From: an uncultured Gammaproteobacteria bacterium
Lineage (GTDB): Bacteria; Patescibacteriota; Microgenomatia; Levybacterales; UBA12049
Direction of reading: 5' to 3'
Assembly (NCBI GenBank): GCA_964416445.1
Contig: CAYQEE010000003.1
Span: 1,946-65,945 of the forward strand
DNA length: 64,000 nucleotides
The translations under genes were made by a program, and so were the position numbers. The notes under the pieces are model-generated. The model saw only the letters and a program-made list of their open reading frames with translations. It had not been told where the DNA came from and made no database searches. Position 1 is the stretch's first letter; each line of letters starts with the position of its first letter. This document shows positions 1 through 10,397 of this stretch, in pieces.

Positions 1-2
1 TT

Positions 3-347
3 GGAGTAGCCGATAGAGGCGCCCTAATTCAGGCTAATGCTGGTTTTGAAGCAGTGCATAAAATTGGAATGCCTGAAGCGCAATTAATATTGGCGCATAT
101 TGCTATCTATCTGGCATCTGCAAAGAAATCTCGAGCTGTCCCCAATGCATTAGAGAAAGCTAAACGTGCAGTGTATGATTTTCCAAATGAATCTGTTCCA
201 TTACATTTACGGAATGCACCTACGAAACTTATGAAAGATCTTGGATACAGTAAAAATTATACTTGGTCTGAAAAATTTGTTGGTCCCGAAGATAATTTGT
301 CATATCTTCCCGAAAAATTAAAGGATAAGAAGTTTTATAATTCATAG
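3..347 (+). CDS. rarA: Replication-associated recombination protein A (RarA/MgsA), C-terminal part; 5' truncated by window edge
   Basis: Frame open from base 3: GVADRGALIQANAGFEAVHKIGMPEAQLILAH...VPLHLRNAPTKLMKDLGY, matching the MgsA C-terminal signature. Confidence 0.92.
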   Translation, partial: GVADRGALIQANAGFEAVHKIGMPEAQLILAHIAIYLASAKKSRAVPNALEKAKRAVYDFPNESVPLHLRNAPTKLMKDLGYSKNYTWSEKFVGPEDNLSYLPEKLKDKKFYNS

Positions 348-356
348 ATCAATTTT

Positions 357-384
357 CATACAAAATTCTTACAGAAATATTACA
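357..384. promoter_or_regulatory. Three direct repeats at 11-bp period, possible OmpR/PhoB/WalR-type operator
   Basis: CATACA (357), CTTACA (368), ATTACA (379); minus strand reads TGTAAT-N5-TGTAAG-N5-TGTATG; lies upstream of a response regulator. Confidence 0.35.
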
Positions 385-451
385 GGTACAGATATGTTGT
401 TAATTAAAATAAATTTATCCTTGCTTTGTACAAATCTAGGTGGTTTTCTCT

Positions 452-826
452 ATGAAAAAAAAGAAAAAGATTCTTGTGATAGATGATGATTCGGCAATTC
501 TGGATGCTATAACTACTTTATTAAAAGATGAATCCTATGATGTCAGAGCTAGCTCAAGCGCATTGAAAATATTAGATAAAGTAACTACCTATAAACCTGA
601 TGTAATTTTGCTAGATGTTCTTTTATCAGGAGAAGATGGACGACATGTTGCTCAAAGAATAAAAAGCAACAAAGAGACAAATAAAATTCCAATAATACTT
701 TTATCAGCACATACAGGAATGGAGAAAACAATAAATCAAGCAATCTCAGATGCGTTTATTGCGAAACCTTTTGATATCGATGATCTTTTAAATCAAGTAA
801 AAAAATTTGCGTATAAAGAATTATAA
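452..826 (+). CDS. Single-domain response regulator (CheY-like receiver)
   Basis: ILVIDDD, PDVILLD (phospho-Asp), ILLSA and KPF motifs; no output domain; ATG at 452 preferred over GTG at 440. Confidence 0.9.
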   Translation: MKKKKKILVIDDDSAILDAITTLLKDESYDVRASSSALKILDKVTTYKPDVILLDVLLSGEDGRHVAQRIKSNKETNKIPIILLSAHTGMEKTINQAISDAFIAKPFDIDDLLNQVKKFAYKEL

Positions 827-896
827 AAAGCATAAGCATGAACAGGTTTTAAAAGACTACTTGATTTTATTTACATTTTCTTATAATCTGTAATGT

Positions 897-1391
897 ATGG
901 CCGATCCCACACAATCAGATCCAATAATTGAAGAACAAGTTATTGAGGCGGACGTAATTACTCCTGAAACATCTTCTGAAGAAAAATCGGATCAAGCAAC
1001 AGTGCTTACAAGTCTTGATGAGTTAATTAAGTCCCATATTGCTAGCCTTGACCGTCTTGCTGAAGAAAAGAAGAAATTAGGGGAAATGATTGCAGATGGA
1101 TTGAATAATGATGTTACTTTTAAAGAATTGTCTGATAAAGCGAAAGAGGCAACAAAGGCTAAATCACAGGCACGTCAGCAAATTATGAATAGACCAGGAG
1201 TTATCGAATTTGTCAATAAATTAAAAAATATTCAAAGTGAAATAAAAGAAAAAAATATGTCTTTATCAGATTATCTTTTAGAATACCAAAAAATGGCTGG
1301 AGTAAATCAAGTAGAAGGTTACGATGGTGAAGTTAGGGAGATAGTTCAAGTTGCAAAATTGGTAAGAAAGGCTTCAAAAGGTAGAGATTAG
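897..1391 (+). CDS. Hypothetical coiled-coil protein
   Basis: 164-aa ORF rich in E/K heptads; TATAAT at 882-887. Confidence 0.7.
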   Translation: MADPTQSDPIIEEQVIEADVITPETSSEEKSDQATVLTSLDELIKSHIASLDRLAEEKKKLGEMIADGLNNDVTFKELSDKAKEATKAKSQARQQIMNRPGVIEFVNKLKNIQSEIKEKNMSLSDYLLEYQKMAGVNQVEGYDGEVREIVQVAKLVRKASKGRD

Positions 1392-1978
1392 GAACCCCAT
1401 AATTCAGAATAAATTACTGTTCTACTTAAATAGTTATGAGTTTTACGATCCCATGTTCCTTCGCAAGTAATTAAGTTAAGTCGAGATTTATCATTTTTAG
1501 TAAAAATAGGCTTTAAGGGAAGTTGGTCGAAAGGATAATTAATAATATCAGTTACTATAAACGTGTAAGATTTTTTATTTGAATCTATCACGATAATTTT
1601 ATCTCCTTTACTGAGTTGGCTTAAATGGTAAAAAACTGCACCTGCTCCTGTAGCTGTATCGTAATGTCCATCAATAACCGCACTTCCCTTTTGCCCAGGT
1701 TTGTAACCTAGGTCATACCACGCAACGTCATTATTATTTTTAGGAATATCCATTCTTCCTTGAGAGTCCATACCTACATCCTCTATAGAAGACTGAACTC
1801 CTATCTTGGGAATAGAAATTACTTTTGGTGTTCCCACCTCAGGCGTTGCATTTATCGTAACGGATAAAAATCGTTTCTCCTTTATTGGAACTTCTCTTGA
1901 AATATAATAATATATACCAAGTAGCGCTCCAATACAAACTACAAAAACACATATAATAATATAAAATGGTTTTTGCAT
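1388..1978 (-). CDS. Class F sortase (peptidase C60)
   Basis: N-terminal TM; ISIPKIGV, WY..GYKPGQKGSAVIDGH (His), LNLITC (Cys) and downstream Arg. Confidence 0.9.
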   Translation of the reverse strand: MQKPFYIIICVFVVCIGALLGIYYYISREVPIKEKRFLSVTINATPEVGTPKVISIPKIGVQSSIEDVGMDSQGRMDIPKNNNDVAWYDLGYKPGQKGSAVIDGHYDTATGAGAVFYHLSQLSKGDKIIVIDSNKKSYTFIVTDIINYPFDQLPLKPIFTKNDKSRLNLITCEGTWDRKTHNYLSRTVIYSELWGS

Positions 1979-1993
1979 AGCTAAATTAGTTAT

Positions 1994-2188
1994 TTACCGA
2001 AATGACGTTGCTGTTCCTCCCAATCCAGTTGCAGGACCGCTGCTAGGAACTAGTGGTTGTGTAACCATTGCATTTGATGGTGCCACTGATTTTGTTGGTG
2101 TGGGCGTTATTGATTGTGCCGAAACTACATTTGTTATTACAAAAGCAGTTATTACCAATGCAATCAAAGTAATAAAGATTTTTGCCAT
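1994..2188 (-). CDS. Small secreted Pro/Thr-rich protein, candidate sortase substrate (GPATGLGG)
   Basis: Signal peptide ending VSA-Q, P/T linker, C-terminal VPSSGPATGLGG; strong SD; directly upstream of and co-oriented with the sortase. Confidence 0.75.
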   Translation of the reverse strand: MAKIFITLIALVITAFVITNVVSAQSITPTPTKSVAPSNAMVTQPLVPSSGPATGLGGTATSFR

Positions 2189-2197
2189 ATATTATGT

Positions 2198-2208
2198 TCA
2201 CCTCCTTT
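2198..2208 (-). promoter_or_regulatory. Strong Shine-Dalgarno site
   Basis: AAAGGAGGTGA on the minus strand, ending 9 nt before the ATG at 2188. Confidence 0.8.
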
Positions 2209-2283
2209 CAACAATAAATAAACTATACTTTCTAGAGATAAGAGAAATAGTAAAAATTAGTAAGATTTAAGCAAGGGTAGTAA

Positions 2284-3495
2284 TTAAGCGCCAAACTTTT
2301 GAAGTCGTTTTGCGTGTGCTAATATGAAAGACATTAAATACTTTGATTCAAAATGACCAAGACCTCCCTGTAAACAGTCTGATTCGCCAAAATGTGTGAC
2401 TTTATCCGGACGACAAAAGGAAGATGTTAACAATACAGGGACAGGATGCCAGCTATGTGCTTTCATTGCTGCTGGAGTACTATGATCACCCGTGACTACG
2501 AATACATCAGGTTTCATATCGAGAATTTGAGGAATGTAACTATCCAGTTCTTCAATCCGTTTAACTTTTTCATCAAATTTTCCATCTTCTCCTGTACTGT
2601 CTGTGTATTTAAAATGGATAAAGAAAAAATCAAATTGATCCCAATTCGCTTTCAAGGAATCGATAGATTCTTGAAAATTATTTACAGGTGGAACGATATG
2701 CATACCAACTAAACGAGCAAGTCCACGATACATTGGATAAACACAAATTGCTGCCGCTTTTAGTCCGTAAAGATCTTCAACTGACTTAATTTGTGGACGC
2801 TTACCAATTCCTCGAAATGTTAACATATTTGCTGGATGATCATTTTTTAATATTTCTTTAGCTTGAGTAATAAATGCATTAATAACTTTTGCAGTATTTT
2901 CAGACGCTTGATCTTTTGCTTTTGCTGGTAAAGGTTGTAAACCTACTAGTTGGGGATCTGTATCCTCTACCTCACCTCCAAAGTCTTTACCTCTAATTAT
3001 TAAGGCAAATCGGTAATCTCTTACAGGTTCCACAAATAACTCAATTCCTTGAATTTGGATTGCTCGTAGTTTTGCCACCAATTTAGCGCATGTTTCGGTA
3101 GAGATACGACCTGCCCGTCGGTCAGTAATTTTACCTTCATTGTCAATTGTGCAAAAATTACCTCTAGCTGCAACATCATTTAGTTGGAGATCAAAGTCTA
3201 TACCAAGTGTTTCAAGTACTCCTCTGCCAATTTGATGTTTAATAGGATCATAACCAAAAATTCCCAGATGTCCTGGACCACTACCAGGAGTTATTCCTGG
3301 CAAAACAGGAGTGGAAAGTCCGCAAACATTTTGAGCAACGAGATTATCAAGATTTGGTGTTTGAGCTGTTTCAAGTTCCGTTTTACCGCCTGGTGTTAAA
3401 GGCATTCCACCTAAACCATCAGATACAAGCAGAACTATTTTTGAATCATTTTTTTCTTTTAAAGATGAAAGTATATCTTGTATATCCATAATCAT
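2284..3495 (-). CDS. apgM: 2,3-bisphosphoglycerate-independent phosphoglycerate mutase, ApgM type
   Basis: [29 protein letters not shown] and HSWHPVP motifs. Confidence 0.93.
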   Translation of the reverse strand: MIMDIQDILSSLKEKNDSKIVLLVSDGLGGMPLTPGGKTELETAQTPNLDNLVAQNVCGLSTPVLPGITPGSGPGHLGIFGYDPIKHQIGRGVLETLGIDFDLQLNDVAARGNFCTIDNEGKITDRRAGRISTETCAKLVAKLRAIQIQGIELFVEPVRDYRFALIIRGKDFGGEVEDTDPQLVGLQPLPAKAKDQASENTAKVINAFITQAKEILKNDHPANMLTFRGIGKRPQIKSVEDLYGLKAAAICVYPMYRGLARLVGMHIVPPVNNFQESIDSLKANWDQFDFFFIHFKYTDSTGEDGKFDEKVKRIEELDSYIPQILDMKPDVFVVTGDHSTPAAMKAHSWHPVPVLLTSSFCRPDKVTHFGESDCLQGGLGHFESKYLMSFILAHAKRLQKFGA

Positions 3496-4781
3496 TTTTG
3501 AAATATACTCTTCCCTGCGAATTTTGCTTTTTTTCCAAGGGTTTCTTCTATTCTAAGTAATTCGTTATATTTTGCTACTCTGTCAGTACGACATAAAGAC
3601 CCAGTTTTAATTTGACCAGTTGCGAGGCCTACTGCCAGATGTGCGATTGTCGTGTCTTCCGTTTCTCCAGACCTATGAGAAATTATTGAACTCCAACCTG
3701 CTTCGGTAGCCATTTGGATACAGTTTAACGTTTCAGTTAATGTGCCTATTTGATTTAATTTAACTAAAACAGCATTAGCAGACTGCTCTTTTATTCCTCT
3801 TTCGAGAAATTGTATATTTGTGACGAACAAGTCATCACCGACAATTTGCTTATTTTTGCCTATATGAGTGGTTAATTGATGAAACCCTTCCCAGTCACTT
3901 TCTGAAAAACCATCCTCAATAGAATAAATAGGATAATTTTTCACAAGTTCGCTATACCATTGTGCCATCTCCTTTGTAGACAAGGTTTTCTTTTCGGTAG
4001 ATAAATGGTACGATCCATCTTTGAATAGTTCAGAAGCAGCAACATCTAATCCAAGAACAACATCTTTACCAGCAATATATCCCGCTTTTTTAATTGCCTC
4101 TAAAATAAGGTCAAGCGCCTCTTTGTTACCCGCTTTAACGTGGGGCGCATATCCACCTTCATCTCCTACGGTAGTACTGTAACCTTTTGACTCTAAGACC
4201 TTACCTAGTGAATGGAATATTTCTGCTCCAGCTCTTAATGCTTCTGAAAATGTAGGCATGCTGACTGGTAAAATCATAAATTCCTGAATATCTGTTGAAC
4301 CTGCAGCATGTTTCCCTCCATTTATGATATTCATAAGAGGTACTGGAAGAAGATATTCAGTAGATCGTTTTGAGAGTTCTGAAAAATATGTAAAAAGAGG
4401 TTTATTTGATGCAATGGCAGCAGCTTTTGCGGTTGCTAGTGATACTGCTAGAATAGCATTTGCACCTAATCGACTTTTATTTGGCGTTCCATCTAGTTCT
4501 ATAAGTGTTGAATCAATTTCTTGCTGATCAAGAACATCTTCTCCAATTATTGCCTTAGCAATATCTTTTTTTACGTTATTAACTGCTTTCAACACACTTT
4601 TTCCATTATAAATTTTTTTGTCATCATCGCGTAATTCAACTGCTTCATAAGTACCTGTTGAAGCTCCAGATGGAACAGCAGCACGTCCCAAAACTCCATT
4701 TTCTAAAAGTACATCGGCTTCTACAGTCGGATTTCCCCGAGAATCGAGTATTTGTCTTGCTGTAACGCCTGTAATAGTCAT
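3492..4781 (-). CDS. eno: Enolase
   Basis: [33 protein letters not shown] and [13 protein letters not shown]; start at 4781 avoids overlap with pyk. Confidence 0.98.
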   Translation of the reverse strand: MTITGVTARQILDSRGNPTVEADVLLENGVLGRAAVPSGASTGTYEAVELRDDDKKIYNGKSVLKAVNNVKKDIAKAIIGEDVLDQQEIDSTLIELDGTPNKSRLGANAILAVSLATAKAAAIASNKPLFTYFSELSKRSTEYLLPVPLMNIINGGKHAAGSTDIQEFMILPVSMPTFSEALRAGAEIFHSLGKVLESKGYSTTVGDEGGYAPHVKAGNKEALDLILEAIKKAGYIAGKDVVLGLDVAASELFKDGSYHLSTEKKTLSTKEMAQWYSELVKNYPIYSIEDGFSESDWEGFHQLTTHIGKNKQIVGDDLFVTNIQFLERGIKEQSANAVLVKLNQIGTLTETLNCIQMATEAGWSSIISHRSGETEDTTIAHLAVGLATGQIKTGSLCRTDRVAKYNELLRIEETLGKKAKFAGKSIFQK

Positions 4782-4785
4782 ATTG

Positions 4786-6213
4786 TTATTTCTCTCCAAT
4801 TCGGGTAACGCTAATAATATTTGTATGACCAGCTTTTCCCGGATGAGTTCCTGTAACAAGAACTATCTTATCATTTTTTTCTAATTCTTGATGACTTAAT
4901 AATGTTTTTTCCAAATATTCATAAGCATTTTCGTTTGTTTCAATTTTTGGTAAATAATATGAAGTAACGCCCCATACTAAGTTTAATTGTCGATAAACTA
5001 AAAGATTGTCAGTTAATACATGAATAGGGATTAAAGGTCTATATGATGCTATACGAAGAGGTGTTTTTCCAGATGCTGTTAAGGTTAATATTTTTTTTGC
5101 TTTAACTTGATGTGCTAAAACACTTGCTGCAGCTGCTATGGCAGTTGTCTGATCACTAAAGTCTTTAATGGTATTCAATGAAAACGATTTATGAATATGC
5201 TGGAAGTATTTTTCAACTCTTTTAATAATTTTATCCATCATTGCAACTGTTTCGGTAGGATAATTTCCTGCTGCAGTTTCAGCTGATAGCATGACCGCAT
5301 CTACTTCATCTAAAACTGCTGTTGCTACGTCGTTTACTTCTGCTCGGGTAGGCTCTGCATTTGTAATCATTGATTCTAACATTTGAGTAGCTATAATGAT
5401 TGGTTTATTATATTTTTTCCCTAGCGCAATAATTGTCCTTTGTATAATAGGCACCTCTTCTTGGCCAAGTTCAACTGCTAAATCCCCACGGGCTACCATT
5501 ACGCAATCTGCAGCAATAATAATATTTTCTAAATGCTTTACTGCTGAAGCTGTTTCAATTTTTGCTATTATTTTAGGTTGATGTTCATATGCTGAAATAA
5601 TCTTTCTAACTGTTTCGATATCAGAAGCATCTTGAACGAATGAAACAGCAACATAATCTACTTTATGTTGTATTCCAAATTCTAAATCTTTCTTATCCTT
5701 CTCTGTTAATGCAACGTTTGGCAATTGAGTATCAGGTAAATTTACACCTTTGTGTGAACGAATTTCTCCACCAGCCATAACGGTACAAATTGCCTCTTCA
5801 TTATTGACTTTGTCGACGCGCAACCGAATTATTCCATCGTTAATAAAAATGTGATTTCCGACGGTAAGATGAGGAAAAATATTCAGCTGGACAGGAATTC
5901 GATTGTCAGTTTGTTCTTTACCAAAGTACAGTGTAATATTCTTTTGTGGTTCAAGTCGAACTGGTTCTTGTGCTAAATTACCTAATCGAATTTTTGGACC
6001 TTGTAAATCTTGGATTATTGCTGTTGGGACTTTTAATTTTTCTTCAATACGTCTTATACTTTCGATATTTTTTTTATGATCCTCGTAGGTTCCATGCGAA
6101 AAGTTAAGTCTTGCTGCATTCATCCCGTTATGGCGAAGTCGAAGAATAATTTCCTCAGTGCTTGAAGAAGGTCCAAGAGTAGCAAGTATTTTAGTCTTTT
6201 TGTGATATAACAT
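4786..6213 (-). CDS. pyk: Pyruvate kinase
   Basis: [39 protein letters not shown] and PTRAEVND motifs. Confidence 0.98.
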   Translation of the reverse strand: MLYHKKTKILATLGPSSSTEEIILRLRHNGMNAARLNFSHGTYEDHKKNIESIRRIEEKLKVPTAIIQDLQGPKIRLGNLAQEPVRLEPQKNITLYFGKEQTDNRIPVQLNIFPHLTVGNHIFINDGIIRLRVDKVNNEEAICTVMAGGEIRSHKGVNLPDTQLPNVALTEKDKKDLEFGIQHKVDYVAVSFVQDASDIETVRKIISAYEHQPKIIAKIETASAVKHLENIIIAADCVMVARGDLAVELGQEEVPIIQRTIIALGKKYNKPIIIATQMLESMITNAEPTRAEVNDVATAVLDEVDAVMLSAETAAGNYPTETVAMMDKIIKRVEKYFQHIHKSFSLNTIKDFSDQTTAIAAAASVLAHQVKAKKILTLTASGKTPLRIASYRPLIPIHVLTDNLLVYRQLNLVWGVTSYYLPKIETNENAYEYLEKTLLSHQELEKNDKIVLVTGTHPGKAGHTNIISVTRIGEK

Positions 6214-6306
6214 TGGTATATTATAGTACTTTCTTTGAAAATACGAAATAGTTGCTTAAAAGGTGTTATAAAATGCTATTTTGATGGTATTATGTATAAT
6301 ATAGAT

Positions 6307-6555
6307 ATGATAACTTTTATGGGGTTACTAGCCGGTGCGTTGACGACATTTTCTCTCGTACCTCAATTAATACAAATTATTCGAACAAGGCATACGAAAG
6401 ATCTTTCATTAAAAACATATATTATTTTGACAATTGGTGTCCTGTTGTGGTTAATATATGGTTTATTTATCCACGACTTCGCTGTAATTATTGCAAATGC
6501 ATTGACACTCATGCTCGCGGGATGTATTGTTCTCTATAAAATTCGTTTTGGATAA
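6307..6555 (+). CDS. SemiSWEET (PQ-loop) sugar transporter
   Basis: GLLAGALTTFSLVPQLIQIIRT..TKDLS...LWLIYG...IIAN; 3 TM helices; ATG 6307 follows TATAAT. Confidence 0.88.
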   Translation: MITFMGLLAGALTTFSLVPQLIQIIRTRHTKDLSLKTYIILTIGVLLWLIYGLFIHDFAVIIANALTLMLAGCIVLYKIRFG

Positions 6556-6567
6556 TTTTAATAGTCT

Positions 6568-7062
6568 ATGCTTATTAAGCAAATATACATAATTATTCTT
6601 GGTATTCTCTTAACACTCTTTGTCAGCGTAGGCATAACAACATTTTATCCTGAACCACAACCTCCTTTGTCAGCTCCAATTTCATTTCCCGTTGTTGCAC
6701 CTAGCTCACAAAGTGAGCAAAAGATTCAAACTAAGAATATTTCTGATCAAAACTTATGGCAAAAAAAATATTCAGAATATCAGAATAATGACAAGAAGTA
6801 TAATAGAAATGTTTCAATTATTGCAATCTTTATTTCAGTTGTATTTCTCATTCTTAGTTTAACTATTTTTAAACAGTTAAATATTCTTGCTGATGGTTTT
6901 CTTCTTGGAAGTCTTTTTACCTTATTAACAAGTATATTTAATGGATTTAAAAGTGATGACAGCAAGTATCGCTTTGTAGTAATCACTGTAGTTCTATTAA
7001 TTACCTTAGTCTTAGGATATTTAAAATTTATAAGAATTAATCAGCTGACAACTAAAAAATGA
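6568..7062 (+). CDS. Hypothetical 4-TM membrane protein
   Basis: Four hydrophobic segments and a Pro-rich loop. Confidence 0.7.
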   Translation: MLIKQIYIIILGILLTLFVSVGITTFYPEPQPPLSAPISFPVVAPSSQSEQKIQTKNISDQNLWQKKYSEYQNNDKKYNRNVSIIAIFISVVFLILSLTIFKQLNILADGFLLGSLFTLLTSIFNGFKSDDSKYRFVVITVVLLITLVLGYLKFIRINQLTTKK

Positions 7063-7105
7063 ATAATCAACATTGATAGATAAATAGATTCACTATCTTA
7101 ATAAA

Positions 7106-7504
7106 TTATATCGATGGGATACAGTTTATTATTAATTCTCTTTCTCTTGGACCATCAAGTTCAATTAATACAATTCTTTGCCAAGTACCTAATACCAACT
7201 TACCCTTAACAAGGGGAATACTCACGGAAGGACCAATAATTGAAGAAAGTATATGGTCTGGAGTGTGATTGGGGTTATGAGGATGACGATAGTTAAGTCT
7301 TGGAAGTATGCTCCTTAAAGCATCAAGCAGATCGAGATCTGTTCCGGGATCGAGATCTGCCGTACTAATACAGCAAGTAGTATGTAATACAAAAATTACA
7401 CATATACCAGCATGAATCTTCCCTTGTCCTATTTTTTCAGAAACCATGCCAGTAATATCAATAACTTCATCTTTTTTCTGTGTCTGTATTGTAACTGTTT
7501 GCAT
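7106..7504 (-). CDS. yjbQ: YjbQ/UPF0047 family protein (secondary thiamine-phosphate synthase family)
   Basis: HTTC and LGTWQRIVLIELDGPRER signature. Confidence 0.9.
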   Translation of the reverse strand: MQTVTIQTQKKDEVIDITGMVSEKIGQGKIHAGICVIFVLHTTCCISTADLDPGTDLDLLDALRSILPRLNYRHPHNPNHTPDHILSSIIGPSVSIPLVKGKLVLGTWQRIVLIELDGPRERELIINCIPSI

Positions 7505-7556
7505 AATCTAACTATATCAAAAAGATTTTCGTAACACATTTGTTACACTGAGTATA

Positions 7557-7925
7557 ATGGCTCTTTCAAGCACATCTTATACCTTACAAGAAATAATACC
7601 TGGTGAGGTTATTAGGTTGTTGGGATAATCTCAAGAAAAAGGGTTAACTGAAAAAGAAGCGTCAATGCATATCAAGCTAATTGGACTTAATAATCTTGTA
7701 CAAAAAAATTCCTTTTTTAAAAAGTTCACCAAGTACGGTATTGATTAATGGAAGTTTATTAGTAATGACTGTTGGATTTCTATTGACAATATTACTTACA
7801 GCGTCATATTTTTCTTTTGTGAAAATACCACTTATTTTTTTTCGCTTCTTGCGTTGATTGTTTTTCTCTTTTGCTTTTTAGTTGAAATAACAAAAATTTG
7901 GTTTTATAGGCAAATCGTTAGTTAA
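7557..7925 (+). pseudogene. Internally deleted remnant of a P-type ATPase (MgtA-like)
   Basis: ATG 7557 frame reads ...EVIRLLG*SQEKGLTEKEASMHIKLIGLNNL (cation-ATPase N-terminal motif with an in-frame stop); the 3' part reads ...LVEITKIWFYRQIVS* like an MgtA C-terminus; catalytic core absent. Confidence 0.65.
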
Positions 7926-8066
7926 AAATAAGCAATTTGTTGAATCTTTTATCTTTTGTAGATTATTATTATCGCAGATTAATATGATCCCTCATAGGTA
8001 AGAAAGTACAAAATAATTGCATCAATTTATTAAATGTGCTAAGGTAAGAGAGGCTTACTTTCAGAC

Positions 8067-9302
8067 ATGAAGGAAAAAATACATATATCGCAAAGAGGCC
8101 AATTTGCTCCAGCTTCTCCTATAAGAAAATTGGTTCCTTTGTCGAATGCAACAAAATCACGTGGAATAAAGATCTATCATCTTAATATTGGAGACCCTGA
8201 TTTTCAATTACCTGATAAGATCCAACAAACTTTTCAGTCATTGGCAAAATCATTAACGCGACTTCCCTACCCTGCTTTTCGCGGTCAAAAAAGCATTCTA
8301 GAAAGTTGGAAAACGTATTATAAAGCACTCGGTATTTCTCACGATCTTGTTGATGAAGATATTATTGTTACTGCTGGTGCTAGCGATGCAATGACACTAA
8401 TTGCCGCTACTATCTTTGATCCAGGAGATGAATGTTTAGTTTTTGAACCATTTTATGCTCCTTATCAAATTTACGCAAGTTTTCTTTCTTACCAGTATGT
8501 TCCAGTTTCGTTAGATCCAAAAAATGGTTATCACTTACCTGACACGAGAGAAATAATTAAAAGAATAACTCCAAAAACAAAAGCAATATTTTTTACAAAT
8601 CCTAATAATCCTACTGGGACTGTTTTCTCTAGAAGTGAAATGGAGACAATTTTAGCAATAGCTCGTGAGTATAATTTATTTGTTGTGAGTGATGAAACAT
8701 ATCGCGGAATGGTATTTGATGGACGTGAAAGTTTAAGTATGTTTCATATTGCAAAAAAAGAAGATCTCGACCACATTATTATTGCAGATAGTTTATCAAA
8801 GCGTCTCAATGTTTGTGGCGCTCGAATGGGAGTTGCAATTTCTAAAAACGAAGAATTCAATGGTGCTGCTTTTCGATTCACTCAAGGTAGGCCCTATGCT
8901 GCTTATATAGAGCAAGAGATTGTCGCACCAATGTTATCTGATTCTTTAACATATATAGCTTGGCTTAGCAAAGAATATCAAAAGAGACGTGATGCATTTA
9001 TAACTACGCTTCAAACTGAATTGGATATTTCTCTTTCACAGCCTGAGGGAGCGTTTTATGTAATGGTTCAGTTACCCATTGATGATGCAGAATTATTTGT
9101 AAAATGGATGTTGACTGATTTTCAAATTAACAATGAAACAGTCATGGTTTCTCCAGGTGCAGGATTTTATGCTTCAAATGGAAAAGGAAAAAATGAAGTG
9201 AGAATCGCCTATGTTTTACAAGAAGAGGATTTAAAAAAAGCTGCTAAATTATTAGCGTTAGGAGTGAAAGAATATAATAAAAGAAAAAAAAGTGAACTTT
9301 AG
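8067..9302 (+). CDS. PLP-dependent aminotransferase class I/II (aspartate aminotransferase-like)
   Basis: LNIGDPD, NPNNPTG, SDETY and SLSKRLNVCGARMG (PLP Lys) motifs. Confidence 0.92.
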   Translation: MKEKIHISQRGQFAPASPIRKLVPLSNATKSRGIKIYHLNIGDPDFQLPDKIQQTFQSLAKSLTRLPYPAFRGQKSILESWKTYYKALGISHDLVDEDIIVTAGASDAMTLIAATIFDPGDECLVFEPFYAPYQIYASFLSYQYVPVSLDPKNGYHLPDTREIIKRITPKTKAIFFTNPNNPTGTVFSRSEMETILAIAREYNLFVVSDETYRGMVFDGRESLSMFHIAKKEDLDHIIIADSLSKRLNVCGARMGVAISKNEEFNGAAFRFTQGRPYAAYIEQEIVAPMLSDSLTYIAWLSKEYQKRRDAFITTLQTELDISLSQPEGAFYVMVQLPIDDAELFVKWMLTDFQINNETVMVSPGAGFYASNGKGKNEVRIAYVLQEEDLKKAAKLLALGVKEYNKRKKSEL

Positions 9303-9320
9303 AATTGTTCTTTGATGGGA

Positions 9321-10373
9321 CTAACTAATTTGATAAGCAGCTTCAAAAAATTTTGATTGTACTCTTGCATCCCGATGAAATAATTCTTTCCACATTTTAT
9401 GAATAGGATAGTCATATTCATTTATTTTGATTTTATCAATTTCATTATACTGTTCTTTCCACTGTTTTGTATAAAAAACCCCATTAGTCAATCGATTAAT
9501 TTGACTGAAATATATTTTAATTTGTTCAAGTGTCATTTCCTGAAACGAATTAATATTAATAAATAGGTCAATACTTTTCTTTGGAAGAAGTTCTATTTGG
9601 TGAGGTAGCAGAAAAATAAAATCGGAAGTATTAAAAGCATCTCTAATTTGACTAAATGATTGGAAATCTCTAATTTGTAATATATTTTTATTTGGAAATA
9701 CCTTACGAATATACCACTGAGCAATTACTATCCCAGGAACAATATCAACCATAATAATTTTAGCCTTTGGATATATATTTTTTAACACATATTCATTTCT
9801 CCCGTAACCACCACCTATTTCAAGTATTGTTTTTGGGTCTTTGTTTAATGATTCTAATGCTTCTAATATTGAATACGCTTCAATAATTGAATTAAGTAAA
9901 TCTTGTGAAAATGTTTTATTTCGCCAAGTAACTAATAAGGGATTGCCATATCTCTGTTCCTCAAGTTCAAGAAGCTGCTTCGTATCAAAGCGTTTTACGT
10001 AATCCCACAGTAAGCAATGATAGTACACATACATCCATCGTTGCCGTTCTTCCATTGGAAAATTTGGATAGGGGGAAGATGTCAATGCGGTGACTGCTGC
10101 TCGTATTTTGCTTTTCCAGCTTGATCGCTTCCACACATATTGAAACTGCCAATAACTCCATTCAAAGACAAGAAAGTTGAAATAATCTAAGCCTTGTCTA
10201 ATTTTGATATTTTCAAAGCCGTCTTGAAGTAATTGCTTATTATTTTTTTTCGCAATTGTTTTCCAATATTTTGAAGGATGATAGACTTCTTTACCTTTTT
10301 CCATTAATTGTGTAGCAAAATCTAACATTTCTTTTACTGAGAGTTCGTTACCATTTTGCGATGTAATGATCAT
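9321..10373 (-). CDS. Putative sugar O-methyltransferase (SAM-dependent)
   Basis: ILEIGGGYGR SAM motif, DLFININSFQEM and SQDLLNSIIE. Confidence 0.8.
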   Translation of the reverse strand: MIITSQNGNELSVKEMLDFATQLMEKGKEVYHPSKYWKTIAKKNNKQLLQDGFENIKIRQGLDYFNFLVFEWSYWQFQYVWKRSSWKSKIRAAVTALTSSPYPNFPMEERQRWMYVYYHCLLWDYVKRFDTKQLLELEEQRYGNPLLVTWRNKTFSQDLLNSIIEAYSILEALESLNKDPKTILEIGGGYGRNEYVLKNIYPKAKIIMVDIVPGIVIAQWYIRKVFPNKNILQIRDFQSFSQIRDAFNTSDFIFLLPHQIELLPKKSIDLFININSFQEMTLEQIKIYFSQINRLTNGVFYTKQWKEQYNEIDKIKINEYDYPIHKMWKELFHRDARVQSKFFEAAYQIS

Positions 10374-10397
10374 ATGAAAAAAGATTTATTCTGTAGT

